The notes under the pieces: model-generated | The model's input: the letters and a program-made list of their open reading frames with translations, nothing else | Databases searched by the model: none | Told to the model about the DNA's origin: nothing | From: Vitrella brassicaformis CCMP3155 | Lineage: Eukaryota > Protista > Chromerida | Length of the DNA stretch: 64,000 bases | Assembly (NCBI GenBank): GCA_001179505.1 | Contig: CDMY01000242.1 | Location: forward strand, 87,043 to 151,042 | Direction: 5' to 3' | Program-made: the position numbers and the translations under genes | Part shown: piece after piece, positions 52,919 through 64,000 of the stretch | Numbering within the stretch: position 1 is the first letter of the stretch | Layout of the letters: each line of letters begins with the position of its first letter

Positions 52919-53163
52919 AGCAGGCTGCGGCTGCGGCTGGGCTTGCAGCTGCGACCATGCTCAAGAAGCGAGGCTACGACGTGACCATCCTGGAGGCGCG
53001 TGAGAGGTGGGCCAGAAACAGAGAGAAGGGGAGGGGAGGCAGGTGCGTGCACAGACGTGTTTTGTCAAATGTGCGTTGTGTGTGATGTGGATCGATGGGT
53101 CAGGGTTGGCGGCAGGATACAGACGCAGAGATTCTCGCAGAAACGGGCCTGCCAGAGACCAAC
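52919..53163 (+). pseudogene. Fragment of a flavin amine-oxidase-type FAD-binding N-terminus
   Basis: AAAAAGLAAATMLKKRGYDVTILEARER|VGGRIQT resembles GAGxxGLxAA..L...G.DV.vLEARdRVGGR. The GxG is degenerate and there is no continuation. Confidence 0.6.
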
Positions 53164-53496
53164 GTGAGACCTACACACGTGCCTGCACCAACATAATGCG
53201 TGTGTGTGCGTGTGTGCCGTCCATGCAGTATGACCTCGCCGCCAAACGCATGTGACTACTGTCAGACTACGTGAGTGAGAGACAAGGCTGCACATGCATA
53301 GCGCATACAGACAGTGAAAAGGACGCCAATGCGCAGATACATATGGATGCCCGTGTGTGTCAGAGATGAGATTTTTCCCCGAGACAGGGTGGGCGAGGAA
53401 AGATGGGGAGACGAAGGAACAAGGCAGCGCTTGGTATTCTTGCTTACCCCCCATGATTGAGTTGGTGATTTCTCGGCTGTTTCTCCTCCTTTTCGG

Positions 53497-54178
53497 ATGA
53501 GCGAGCGTGTATCGGACTACACCCAACCCCCTCCACCTACCCTCATCCCGCGAGACGGCGGCGGGCCCCCCTGTTGCGCATGCAACGAGAAAGGGACGTC
53601 TGCGCTGTCCACATGCAGCCGACGATGTGACTGCCGGAATCACAAGCGCCTCTGCACTAACTGTGTCAACTGCAATGCGTGGGGGAGGGAGGGGAGGGTT
53701 TGCGGGACTGGGGTGTGCTGATGGGGCGGGGATTGATCCCTCCTCCCCTTGAGCCTGTTTGAGTCTGCGTGCTGATGGGACTGTATTTGTATGAGTATCA
53801 CGGACACACAGACGAGTGTTACGGTTAATGACAGTTCCCCCCCAAACAAGGCAGCGCATGTGTGACGGTGAGTGCCCCTTCTGTTTGTGTGCAGGTCGGA
53901 CACATGGGACGGTAAGAGGTGCACCGACCGCCGCAACGCTTTTCTCGTCATTTTTTGTCTCAGAGGGCCTCAAGTCTTACATTGAGGGCGTGGTGACAGG
54001 CGGCCAGATCGCCTTCGCATTGGCTCGGGAGGCAGGCACTCAGAACTGGCACGACAACATCACGAAGTGGCAGCTGCGTCTTCTGCAAACCCTGAATCCG
54101 GCACCGCTCCTCGTCACCGTCGTCGGCATCATCGCCATCGTCATCAAGATGATGATACGCATCATTTGGATGATATGA
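53497..54178 (+). CDS. Possible short gene: CXC-like Cys cluster and a hydrophobic C-terminal exon
   Basis: CCACNEKGTSALSTCSRRCDCRNHKRLCTNCVNCN; a later exon ends PLLVTVVGIIAIVIKMMIRIIWMI*. Joining of the two is uncertain. Confidence 0.3.
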
Positions 54179-55068
54179 AAGGTATATGAATATGGGCATA
54201 TGGTATATGGGCTTGTGTGAGCGCTTAAGGCCATGTGTGTGGTGTTTGCGCTGTGTGCAGGTTCCTCTCACACACCCGGACACAACCAGGATCTCACGGT
54301 GGTCGGTCGTCATCTGCGAGCGCACGCCGCTGCATTCGTCGCAATCAAGCTGCCTCATCGCCTGCTGCCTGCCCTCTCTCGTTTCCTCACCGAGGCTGCT
54401 GCATCCGGCTCACCCCCCCGTCCCAAGCCCCTCAGTTGTGCACTGCCAACGGCCAACCACAGCAGGCCGCCACTACGATGCCGCCCCCTCCCGAGGCGAA
54501 GCGCATCGTCCCTGCTGCTGGCGCGCCCTCATCCACCCCCACATGCTGCCGATTCTGGTGGCGGGAGTGTGGTCGGCGGCGGGATTGTATTTCCCGACCA
54601 CTGAGGAATATACGCCCACCTAGTACACTTCTCCGCCCGAGACCACTACACGAATACGGTGAGAGGCAGATGTCATCGATGTCCTAATGCGTTGCATACA
54701 TGAAGATGCACCGACATGAATCATTTCGTCGTCGCTTGGTTGTGGGCTTGGTTGCTTGTGTTTGTCCGGCAGCACGTGACCATTAAGCTGTGGCACTACC
54801 TGCCATTCGTCGTGCAGTATCTCAAGCAGAACGGCAACCAGATAGGAGAAACCGAAGACTGAAAGTAAGACAACCGGCACATTCACGCATAGTTCTAGTC
54901 ACAAAAGCACTGTGCGGTGTTGGTGTGTTCTTTCTCTTCGATGTCAGCTACGAGTGGGTATTTGTCAATTCAATATGCCACGTAATTCTTTTGACTCAAT
55001 CAATATGTCACCTGAAGTGCGGTCTATCACAGCGTGTGGGTGTCGTGTTGTGAATTGTGTGTGAGCAG

Positions 55069-55457
55069 GTCTGGATACCACGGCCCAGAGAGTGCGGGTA
55101 GAGGAATTTCAATCTCTGGCGGTGGTGAAGTACCTGGTGCGCAGTGGAAACATCGTGCTCGAAGACGAAGTCATCAAGAGCATCAGGCAAGGCCCCTCAA
55201 GATGTGTGCACATGTGGTCGACCTTGTATGTTCCTTTCTTGCAGTAAGGATTCGGATGTGTTTGTCGTCATGGCCAAGCCGTTGCCCACCCCCGTCAGCT
55301 CCCCCGGCGCTCCGACCCTGCCCTCTACCACGGACAACATGGCCACCCAGGTCAGTCATGGCCGCACCTTTCGCTCATTCATCCGTTCTAAACCCTCCAT
55401 CGTTGTTGTCTTTGCCAGGCCTTGGAGGGCTTGACCGGGGCGCGTGCGGGACACTGA
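55069..55457 (+). CDS. Ubiquitin-like paralog of the 8960-9588 gene, lacking the membrane anchor (5' exon uncertain)
   Basis: LDTTAQRVRVEEFQSLAVVKYLVRSGNIVLEDEVIKSI-S-KDSDVFVVMAKPLPTPVSSPGAPTLPSTTDNMATQ-ALEGLTGARAGH*. Shares the GC-AG intron (55187-55244). Confidence 0.6.
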
Positions 55458-56234
55458 TTTGGCGCGCGTACCACGACAGGAAAGCCATCGAGCCCTTCGC
55501 CACAGCGCTGGGCATGGTAAGGTTGAGAGCATGCATGGTGCTCGAGGGTTCGTGGTAAAGTCAAGCGAATCCTCTTCAAAGGCACCCTTACTCTCTCGTC
55601 TAACGTATGAGGTGTTCCACTTCGTATCGCGAAAAGATCTTCTCAAATTGTAAGAGGATGAAAAGAAGCATTCTTGATTTGTAGTCACGCTACATTTGTG
55701 TGTGTCTGTGAATGTGTGTGTACAGAGAATGGTTGCTGGATGTCTCACGTTTTGCGCGTCGGAGTTTATGGCGTATGTATATGGTTTGGATCAAGAGCTG
55801 ATGGGGGTTAGGTAAGAGGCTATCGAACGTACAAATGTATTCGTCTCATTGTTGCCTCTCTCTTTCTTGCTGTGTGTGTGTGTGAAGTGTCGTTGCATAT
55901 GTGTGAGATAGCATATCTCCTCGCTACCTGGTGCTACCGCACCAACAAAAAGGGCAGGAAGTGACAGGTGAAGGCTCTCCATCAATTGGTCGACTGACTG
56001 TGTGTGTATGTCTGTCGGTCTGTCTGTCTGTCTGTCTGTATGTGTGTGTGTGTGTGGCTGCAGGTCAGCGCTGCTGTTGGGCCACACAGATCGCTAACTA
56101 TGCGACCGTAACTATGCGACCGTGTATAACACAACACACACACACACACACACGAATGACACACACAGGTGTTTCTGGTGTGTATGTGTCTCTGTGTGTC
56201 TGTCTGTCTTTGCTCTCATGGCCACACACAACAG

Positions 56235-56323
56235 GCGCATGGCCGTCTGGCGCTGGCATTGGACGCAGTTGGCAGGTATGGCGAGGCGTACAAGAGCCTG
56301 GCGACAGCCTGTGATCTCGATCC
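56235..56323 (+). pseudogene. Single TPR-like exon
   Basis: AHGRLALALDAVGRYGEAYKSLATACDLDP fits the TPR pattern; no complete gene could be built. Confidence 0.45.
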
Positions 56324-57000
56324 GTCACACACACACACTAACTCGTATGTGCCCGTTGGTGGGTTTGTCAGGAACGAGTTTGAGCTGCAAAGGCTCGTTG
56401 AGCTACACTGTGAGTGCATAGACTCACCACCTGTCCACCAATCCACATTTCTCTCCTTTTCAGGCTGTTCCGTGTGGGCGCGCGCCGCCGGCGGCCAACC
56501 ACCACCAGCAGCAGAAGACAGCGTCAACAATATCATTGAGACACAGGAGGTCCGTCCGTCCTATGCACCGACACTGCAGGCCCTTGATTGACATGCAGTG
56601 TGGGTGTGCAGCGGATGGCAGTCCTGACGTGCTGAGCTGCCAGCTGGGCGAAGAGGGTCGTCGCAACTCGACTGCAAACGACCCGAACCCAAAGACAAAC
56701 AGGGCAAGTGACCTTCAGTGGGGAGAAGTCTGCAGGAAGACCTTGACACATTCGAATCCGTGCTTGGTAAGAGGAGCATAAAGCCTGAAGGATTCGTAAG
56801 CCATCATGGAGGCTGAGATAAGATGCACTTGTGTATGGTGGCTGACCCTGTCTCTTTACTTCCATATTGATTCATCAGGTTTGCATCCACTTATCGCTGT
56901 CTACATTTTATATCCCAAGGGCTCTTATATCTCAACAACGCGCTGTCGGTGCTGCCACAGTGTCTACACGCCCAACGAACCACGGGATTCTCTTTCACAG

Positions 57001-57230
57001 TGAGCCGGAATCGATGCAATTCGATGTGGAGGGTGTGACAAAGCAGTTCCAGGCTATGACTGTGGAGGAAGCGCTAGAATGGGTCAAATTTGAGGACTGG
57101 AAGAAGGCTTGGCCGGTTTATTACCGCGTGAGAACGGGCTGTACCATGGAGCCAATCACGGCCATCCACAATCAAATCTGCACCGATGTGGTGGTGAATG
57201 AGATAGTCCTGATTGTCGATGAGGCGGACA
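57001..57230 (+). pseudogene. Exon ending in a Walker-B-like motif (P-loop NTPase fragment)
   Basis: AG-bounded exon ...VVVNEIVLIVDEAD|GT. No Walker A found nearby. Confidence 0.35.
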
Positions 57231-57764
57231 GTAAGACGTTGGTTTCAGACCTGTTGCCTTCGTGGGGAGGTACCAGTAGACAGAGATGGACTGCACACGA
57301 AGGAATCTTGAGTTTTGTGTGTGCTTGTGAGAGAGCAGGTCCACGCGCACACACACACCCTCCAGCCAGTGTGTACCCCTCTCTCTGTGTGTGGTGTGTG
57401 TGTGTGGGGGGTGTGTGTAGGAAGAGTACGACTCCGGCCACCGCCGTAAGACCGCCGAGACACAGTGCCTTTTCGAGCGCCTGGGGGCCATCCTCATCTT
57501 GCACCTTGGATGTTCCCGAGGTTCCCAACGATTACGCCAGCTTTGGCCTCGACACGATTTGCGTTTCGCATCCTCTAAGCAAGTGGACACGATGAGCACG
57601 AGAAGCCTGGGTGACATCATAGAGTGAGCACCAGCATATCAGCCGTGTCGTGTTAGTGCTTTTGCCTTCAGATGAGCAGCCAGCATGAAAGGTCAGCGGC
57701 TCTCTGACCTGTGCCGCGGCATCTCTCTGACCTGTGCCTGCTTTTGTCCGCATTCGTCTGCAGA

Positions 57765-58764
57765 ATGAGTGAAGAGCTGCTGGTGCTTATGCCGCTGCCG
57801 CGGCAGGTAATACCCCACACCCCAGACATCGTGGGCATTCATCTGTCTGTCTGTATCAGGTCGTCAGCCGTCCGTTACCGGCGCCACCTTTATCACTCCC
57901 TCGCCCCCTGCTGACCGCCATGCAAAGCGTGTCATGGGAAGCAGCGAACACCAACTCGCCAGGCGCCTTCGTGTAAAAAAATACATACACCCCACGCGTG
58001 AGACATAGGCATTAACACGTATGTGTCTGGATGCCTCTCTATGTGTGCTGTTCAGGCGGCAAGCAGTGACAACGAGTTGCTCGCGGCGGAGAACGCGAAG
58101 CTCAAGGAGGTAAATGAAGCTTCGGCTTCTGCTGCGCAACGGAACAGTCGTGGATGTAGCCCTGGCGTGGGAGGCGCCAGGACAGCGCCTCGAGGAGGCA
58201 GCGATGATGATCGCGGCGAGCTGCGCGCTTCCGCTGTACGGCAAGAAGGGCAAGACAGCGGCCAGCCGGGCAGCCCCCGTTGGCTGTCTCGGCTCCATGC
58301 AGCCTCAGAGCTTCCCCTACATCACATCACGCTCTGGCAGACGTCGACGAGGCCAGTCAGCCACCACCACGCCGTCACCGTTCAAGATAGACCTCGTCAC
58401 AGGCGAGGTTATCATCCTTCTAGATCAACTGGCGAAGGAGCGGACGACCAATCCGACTCGGTGGCAGCAGAATCCAACAGCGCAGGTGATGGAAGCTGTG
58501 TTCAACGAATTCAAAAGCCGGAGCGACTTGATGCCCTTCCTCCGCTCGCCGGAGGCGGATTTTAAGGAGTTCTTGACTGCCGACTGTCGAAAAGTGCGAA
58601 TGCGCGACGAACACTCAGATCTGGGTCCCTCTACATTAATTTTTCTTCCTACAGGCATCCACAAAATTTGCCTGCCGGCCCCCGGTTGCACTCTCGGCTC
58701 CGGCTGTGTCTTTTCTCCTGGCGCTACGGATTCTGAGTCTGTTGCTGGTGCCCTCGACGAGTAG
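57765..58764 (+). CDS. Protein with a possible KilA-N-like DNA-binding segment
   Basis: Short exons MSEELLVLMPLPRQ and AASSDNELLAAENAKLKE, plus a long open exon containing FKIDLVTGEVIILLDQLAKERTTNPTRWQQNPTAQVMEAVFNEF. Confidence 0.4.
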
Positions 58765-60364
58765 CTTGACCGTTAGGCGAGGTACCTGGGAAGGAGGGAG
58801 AGAGGTAGAGAGGGAGGGAGGGAGGGAGGGAGGGGGGGGGGGCGGGACACATGGAAAGGAAGAGCATTCTTGAAAATGTCAATGAAATACTGCAGACTAG
58901 GGGTCTGAAGGTAAGGCATGTGAGGGCATAATGAAACCGGTCGAAACAAGTAAGCACCAGCTTTGGCTGGGCCCAGAGGAGCAAGGTCAGTGGCAACATA
59001 TTCCCAGTTTGTGTCTCCGTGTCTCATTTGTCTGTCGGTGCGTCAGATTGGTGACAGCATCGCTGTGTACATTTTATATTCGACGACTAATCATCTCCCC
59101 TTGACCAACGCACGTCGTCAGAGGAGGGACGACCAGATTGCACGAGGCCTCCTCAGCGCTGACGAGCTCAAGTCTATGGGCTTTGCCGCAGCTGGGTGAA
59201 GGCATCACGACTGACCGAGGGCTTTCAGCACTTGTAACGACCAGATTCTGACGACTGACTTTTCGGGTGCTTTGAGGTGACTAATTGAGAAGACGGGGGT
59301 TTTCATCACCGGCTTCGCTATCCTGATGGCCTCGATGGAGGCTTGCATCACATCAGGGGAGCCTACCCCATCTCCTCCTCCTCCTCCTCCTCGAAGTCCC
59401 CCAACACCACTGTTCGATCGCCATCGGCACATGCGATATTTTTGTGCGAGGATGGGAGGAGAGGGCCAAGTACGTACTGGGTGGGTCTGAATATGTCGCT
59501 CGCATCGAGGAGCAGCTCATCAAGCTGCCGCTGCGGAGCCTCAAACGTGATACGAGCGACACAATAGCGGTGGCACGAATCCAGAGGAGTGACTGAAATG
59601 AGACATGAGCTAGTAAGCTGAAGCAAACGTCCTCACGAGCTGTGTCTCTGTGTCTGACGTACCTGTATGTCCATATGATAGAAGACTTTCTCTGCTGTCA
59701 TTCTCCGTAGGTTTGGCATCAAGATCGACAAGAGCTGGCCAGGGGAGCTGAAAGCATGAATTTCAACTGCGTGGCGCATCATTCTGCCTGCCTGCCTGTT
59801 CGCCGCGACGCCACAAGCGATGGTTGCCCTTCCATGGGAAGTGACGGGTGTCCTGGGCCATTGATTACATGTCATTGCTAGCCGCCGTGCATTCATCGCT
59901 GCCTACAATTTATATCCGTGGACTCGGCAGCTCCAGGAATAGTACTTCGACACCATTTAAGAATGCCATTGATGGTGATATGTGGCTGCCTACATCTTAT
60001 GTAATACATATCACCTACATAAGCGACACGTGAAGAGAGTGACTTACGCCGTCTGTATGGATGGACGAATGGATCGGTCGACGAATGGGTCTTCGCTAGG
60101 TGTCTCCGGATGTGAGCAAGGCAGATAAACTCTTCAGTGGGATCCGTGCATCCGCAAGTCAGCTCACATATTCAGTCCGTCAAATTGACGAAGGTCATAC
60201 ACACAATCTTTGGCCCTTCATGAATAAACACACCGTGACCATCCAACGACCCAGGTCCGGACAGAGCCCCCAGCTCATCCACAGAGACCCAAAATAACTC
60301 ATAGTCACACTCTGCCCAACCACACACATACAACATATTTTACACCATCAACACGCCCATCCAT

Positions 60365-62391
60365 CTATCTCCCGCCCCGAAGAGGCAGGCAGCTCATGAA
60401 GCTCCAGCGCTTCCTCGGCCGACCCCCAAGTGCAGGGTGCGCTGCTGCCGCATTGGATCGGCAGCCCCTGCTGCCGGTCTCAACATGCCACACCTCCAGC
60501 TCACTGCAGGTGAAGTTCAGGGACTGCGCCAATGTGCCGCTGCCCCGATACCGCGCCGGCAAATGCTCCTTTTCGATCCACTGTTGGCAGCTGCTGAGGT
60601 CGGCTGCCGGACCCGAAGTATGAGCAAATCCCAGCCACAAGACTCCTCCAGCGCCACCGCCACCGATGCGCACATTCGCAGTCGGCAACCCCGCTTTGCT
60701 CTTCACCACCCCACTTGTGCCGGCCACATCCACCACCTGACTCTCTGAGGGTAGCTCGATCTTGGTCGTACGCTTATAGGCGCCAGACAGCGGTGGGCCC
60801 GTGGTGGGCAGCGAAAAGAAGAAGATGGGAACGCGGTATATGCCGCTCGTCTTAGTGGGGTCTTGTGGCGGGGTGAGTGGCCCGTCAACAAAGCAGCCAA
60901 ATCGGTGGGTGCGATCCTTGACGGCGAAGAGCAGGCCGCTCTTGCCTGCCACCTTGTCAATGAACGCCTTGTACTCGAAACCGTCGCTGCGAGACCTGAC
61001 ATACACAGCACACGGCGCATAGAGAAGGTCAAAGGGATTTCGTGGATGGCTTCTCACTTGAAGACGAGCGACGGCTTGCAGATGGGTTTGTGGATCATGT
61101 CCAGGACGGCCACCCACTCGTCTGCGGACTTGATGATCCACCCAATGCCCGCCGGCAGATCAACGGGCGGCGAGTACGAGTAGGAGAGGCCGTACTGACA
61201 CAGACAATATTGACACAGACCAGATGTGACCGACCGGCAAGCCACAATAGCAAACCACTCAGACTTACCATCATGAGATCCTCTTTGAACAGCCCACACT
61301 CGCTGTCCTCCATCGCTGGGGGCCGTACGAATTGCCCCGCTGGCATGGTGCCGCCGATCCGACGAGCGAAGTCGACTGTGTTGACAAAGTGACGGGTGGG
61401 GGTCTGACGCACTCGACGGTCACCCCAACAGGGCGGAGTACTGAACACCCACACAAACACATAACAGAACAGCTCACATGTGACCCTCTGTGTGTCGACC
61501 TCTCTGTTTCTGCTGTGCCCGCCCACTTTGAGAATCGCGTGAGCAAAGGGTGATCACTGCCAAGTCGCTGCAATGTCCGCTTCAGCATGCTCACCTTCTT
61601 GCCGAGCACTTCCAGGCTCAGCACCTCCACGTCACCATCGTCCTGGCCCTTCATGAATGGCTGCATGGCCGAGAAGAATCCCGAGAGCTCCTCCCTGCCC
61701 TTTGTGAGCCTCTTCATGAGCCTCTCCAGCTCACCCAGCGACTCCTCGACGACATCCGCAATGGCCTTGTCCTTCCCATCGCATGCCGTGCCATCGAGAT
61801 TGGGCGTGACGGCACCGCTGCCCTCCTGTGGCAGAGCTGGAAACGACGAGAGCGTGCGCATGAAGAGGGCGTGATACTCGTTGTAAGCTGGGTCGGATGC
61901 CTTGGATGCCGGCAGCTGGACAGTGTCGGTGCGGTTGGTCTCGTAGAGAGTCAGCCCGTCCAGAAAGGCCTCGAAGTATGCCGGTGACACCTCCAGATAA
62001 AATTGCCCGCCTTCGTCTCTCGGGAGTGCATCGGGGAAGCAGAGCAGCAGGACCGCAATGTACCGCCGCTTGATGAGCTGGAGAGCGCTACGAGATACAG
62101 GGAACAACACTCCACCTGTCGATTGCACACACGCACACACACCAAACCAAACCGGTCACACAGTTAGTAGTGCCAGCGCCTCTCTGGAGTGTTTTTTGCC
62201 TTGCCCGCATTGATCAGCATCTCCCCACTGGCAGAGGTCTCCTGCAGAGCTTCCCTTTTGGCAGCAACGAAGCGTGAGATCTCATCCGTGAGAGTCGTCT
62301 TGGCGCTTCTCAGCCGCTCGAACGACGCATCGAAGGCGCCACCGACACTCTCGCACCCCGTGAGCAGCCTGAGCACCGGATCCTCCTCCAT
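60365..62391 (-). CDS. BTB-BTB-TLDc protein, copy 3
   Basis: MEEDPVL...LINAG|GVLFPVSR (GC-AG intron 62204-62116)...LPRDEGGQFYLEV; SLEVLGKKVSMLKRTL; TLDc HRFGCFVDG...FTCSELEVWHV. Confidence 0.8.
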
Positions 62392-63111
62392 GGCTGCCGT
62401 GTCCTGCGGCTGCCTGAAGCATAACGTGACACAGATTCCTCACGGTTTTGCTCATCTGTGACAGAAGAAGATGCCTGCTGCCTTACCGATCACCCCTTCT
62501 TCTCGGTGCGCATGTTTTCGTGGTGGTGGTTAAGGCATGTTTTCTGGCTGAATTGTGATGCGAGCTTTGAGTTGCGAGGCAGCAGCGGTTTCAAGGGAGC
62601 ACCCTAGGAGCCAAGTCCTCTGTGTCTGTCCAGGAGAGACGCAGACACGCAACACAGACACGCAACACGCGGAGGGCAGAGGCAGCAAACAGGTGGATAT
62701 GCAATGCGCTGCGAACGACGGCAAGTCCATGCATGCAGAGTTCTTTTAGTTTCAGCGAAAGCGTGAGCAACGTCGGAATCGTGGCGAACGTTGCTCACGG
62801 CGGATAAACTCCCGACCCATGAATCCTCACTCAAGACAGCTCACATATTCAGTCTATCAAATTGACGAAGGATCGTCAAATTATTACAAAGGATCCAATC
62901 TTTGGCCTTCAGAATAGACACCCACCCGACAACCCAGGAACAGGGCTTCCACAGAGACCCAAAATTACTCACAACAACACTCTGCCCAACCACACACATA
63001 CAACACATCCTTCTGGACAGATACACTGCATAAACGACAGTGCCTTTCGCCGCTATTTTACACCATCAACGCGTCCATCCATCTATCTCCCGCTCCGAAA
63101 AGGCAGACAGC

Positions 63112-64000
63112 TCATGAAGCTCCAGCGCTTCCTCGCGGCCGATCCCCAAGTCCAGGGTGCGCTGCTGCCGCATTGGATCGCCAGCCCGTGCTGCCGGTCT
63201 CAACATGCCACACCTCCAGCTCACCACAGCGAAAGTTCAGAGACTGCGCCAGTGTCCCCTGGTCATACTTATTGATAGCCGCCCCCGTGTAGCCCGCCGG
63301 AAGGTGCTCCCGCGGGATCCACTGTTGGCAGCTGCTGAGGTCGGCCGCAGGACCTGGCTCACCATAGCCCAGCCATAGGTGCCCGCGAGCGATGCCCACG
63401 TTGGCAGTCGGCAGGTCCTTGTTGTCCTTGACTACCCCCTGTGTGCCGGCCACGTGCACTCCGTGCCTGTCCTCAGGTATATCGATCTTGGTTGGGGCAT
63501 CGCACGCACCCGAGAGCGAAAAGAAGAAGACGGGCACCTTGTAGTTGCGGCTCGTCTTAGTGGGGTCTTGTGGCGGGGTCAGCGGCCCGTCAACGAAGCA
63601 GCCAAATCGGTGGGTGCGATCCTTGACGGCGAAGAGCAGGCCGCTCTTGCCCGCCACCTTGTCAAGGAACGACGTGTACTCGAAACCGTCGCTGCTGGAT
63701 CTGACATACACAGCACACGGCACATAGAGAAGGTCAAATGAGTCAAAGGGATGGTTGCTCTCACTTCAAGGCCAGCGACGGCTTGCAGATGGGTTTGTGG
63801 ATCATGTCCAGGACGGCCACCCACTCGTCTGCCGACTTGATGATCCACTCATTGCCCGCCGGCAGATCAACGGGCGGCGAGTACGAGTAGGAGAGGCCGT
63901 ACTGACACAGACAATATCGACACAGACCAGATGTCACCGACCGGCAAGCCACAATAGCAAACCACTCAGACTTACCATCATGAGATCCTCTTTGAACAGC
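63112..64000 (-). CDS. BTB-TLDc copy 4, 3' part (5' end beyond the window)
   Basis: Near-identical linker exon and introns to copy 3; TLDc ...FRCGELEVWHV. Confidence 0.8.

Larger units (their letters stand above)
60110..64000. repeat. Tandem gene duplication, unit ~2.7 kb
   Basis: 63941-64000 equals 61234-61293 (offset 2707). The downstream flanks from 60161 and 62838 also match. Confidence 0.88.

Noticed and set aside
58795-58845. Purine-rich (GGGA)n/G-run with G-quadruplex potential
   Set aside because: Simple repeat of a kind common in this genome; no functional evidence.
59040-60060. Short open frames on both strands (59205-59432, 59363-59626, 59633-59896)
   Set aside because: No motifs, splice support or clear strand; left unannotated.
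62765-62815. NVGIVANVAHGG resembles the EF-2/EF-G G1 motif
   Set aside because: It is followed by stops, lacks the GKT, and is produced by the local fold-back insertion, so it is probably coincidental.

Overview
Eukaryotic, GC-rich, intron-dense nuclear DNA. Short introns are filled with (CA)n/(GT)n, (GGAT)n and (AGAC)n microsatellites. Bipartite plastid-type leaders, flagellar genes and an expanded BTB-TLDc family suggest a chromerid alveolate such as Vitrella brassicaformis (inference, no search run). Most ORF-track entries are intron or antisense artefacts, so gene models were rebuilt by hand from GT/GC-AG junctions and phase continuity. Recognisable genes: DRC9/IQCG-like (partial), Pinin with a C-terminal SAP domain, NOL8-like, mitochondrial NADP-IDH, an R2R3-MYB factor, a DWARF27-like carotene isomerase and CLUAP1/IFT38. 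Accessory content: four BTB-TLDc copies (one partial) plus a remnant, three divergent ubiquitin-like genes, an intronless tandem retropepsin-like gene with a mitochondrial leader, and several orphan secreted proteins. The main discovery is a ~5.57-kb insertion (12066-17633) that splits a TLDc exon exactly in register. It is flanked by TCGAT on both sides, lacks TIRs/LTRs, has a GC hairpin 11 nt from its right end, and encodes an intact spliced ~1305-aa Cys/Zn-finger-rich protein. It is best read as a Helitron-like element lacking its Rep/helicase. No rRNA, tRNA or CRISPR array was seen.
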